Of a stretch of 64,000 nucleotides of DNA, positions 63,580 through 64,000 are shown piece after piece. The notes beneath the pieces are model-generated. The model saw only the letters and a program-made list of their open reading frames with translations, was not told the DNA's origin and searched no databases. A program made the translations under genes and the position numbers. This DNA is from Mobula hypostoma (lineage: Eukaryota), in the NCBI RefSeq assembly GCF_963921235.1, contig NC_086108.1, positions 57,476,001 to 57,540,000 of the forward strand. The letters are read 5' to 3'. The first letter of the stretch is position 1, and every line of letters begins with the position of its first letter.

Positions 63580-63590
63580 GTTAGTTAGTT
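63535..63590. repeat. (TG)21 microsatellite followed by (TTAG)3
   Basis: Perfect TG run 63535-63576, then ttagttagttagtt. Confidence 0.97.
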
Positions 63591-63879
63591 AAAAATCCAA
63601 GAGCTTTTCTTTTACAATTTCCGTAAATTTATTACTGCAGGAAGTCCAAAATATGAAGGCTAGAAATAGTCGGCAGATTAGACACAAGTGCAAGGAGTTA
63701 AAGTGGCCACCAGATAACCTTGTGAAAATATTTAATGTTTTTAAGTATGGTGGAATACTATTACAGAGTTCTGAGTTTACGTCTGAAATTGGTCTCTGCT
63801 GTGAATCAACTTCCCAAAAGGTACAGTGTCCCTCAACAATTTTTCCTTTAGCTCCTCCCACTTTCTCCAGACTTGAATA

Positions 63880-64000
63880 ACCATGGGCACCCCATGGCCC
63901 CCAGCTATGCCTGACTTTTCCTTGGTTATGTACAACAGTCTATGTTCCAAGCCTTCTTCCTCTTCTTGGGCACCCTGCTTTGGCTCCCTGCCTGCTCTGG
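63880..64000 (+). mobile_element. Penelope-like RT fragment
   Basis: CCATGGGCACC..ATGGCCCCAGCTATGCC resembles the PLE RT motif AMGT.MGPSYA.LF; frameshifted. Confidence 0.55.

Noticed and set aside
63577..63590. Telomere-like repeat
   Set aside because: (TTAG)3 is not TTAGGG and is only a short extension of the microsatellite.
1..64000. CRISPR array or prokaryotic defence locus
   Set aside because: There is no regularly spaced repeat-spacer array, and the window is intron-rich vertebrate DNA.

Overview
This is vertebrate nuclear DNA, most likely from a cartilaginous fish. That is an inference from an HE1-like V-SINE and the CR1/Rex1/Penelope repeat mix. Two spliced genes lie in tandem on the minus strand, in the same neighbour arrangement known from mammals. 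DEPDC1 is complete: 12 coding exons from 63323 down to 28271, 2634 nt, 877 aa, all with GT-AG introns. RPE65 is partial: coding exons 1-4 from 15358 down to 1313 (residues 1-118), continuing off the left edge. Most other ORFs in the supplied track are decayed transposon fragments or noise. The repeats are CR1, Rex1/Babar-like and L1/Tx1 LINEs, tRNA-derived SINEs, a Tc1 IR/DR element, a pogo/Tigger-like element and many Penelope-like (PLE) remnants. The most notable non-genic signal is a family of short fold-back PLE insertions with target-site duplications that carry minimal hammerhead ribozyme motifs, one with an intact consensus core (61058-61093). Hammerheads in PLEs are a known phenomenon, so I do not claim a wholly new system. 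Exon coordinates were read base by base. Repeat boundaries without TSDs are approximate, and family names come from motif recognition, not database searches.
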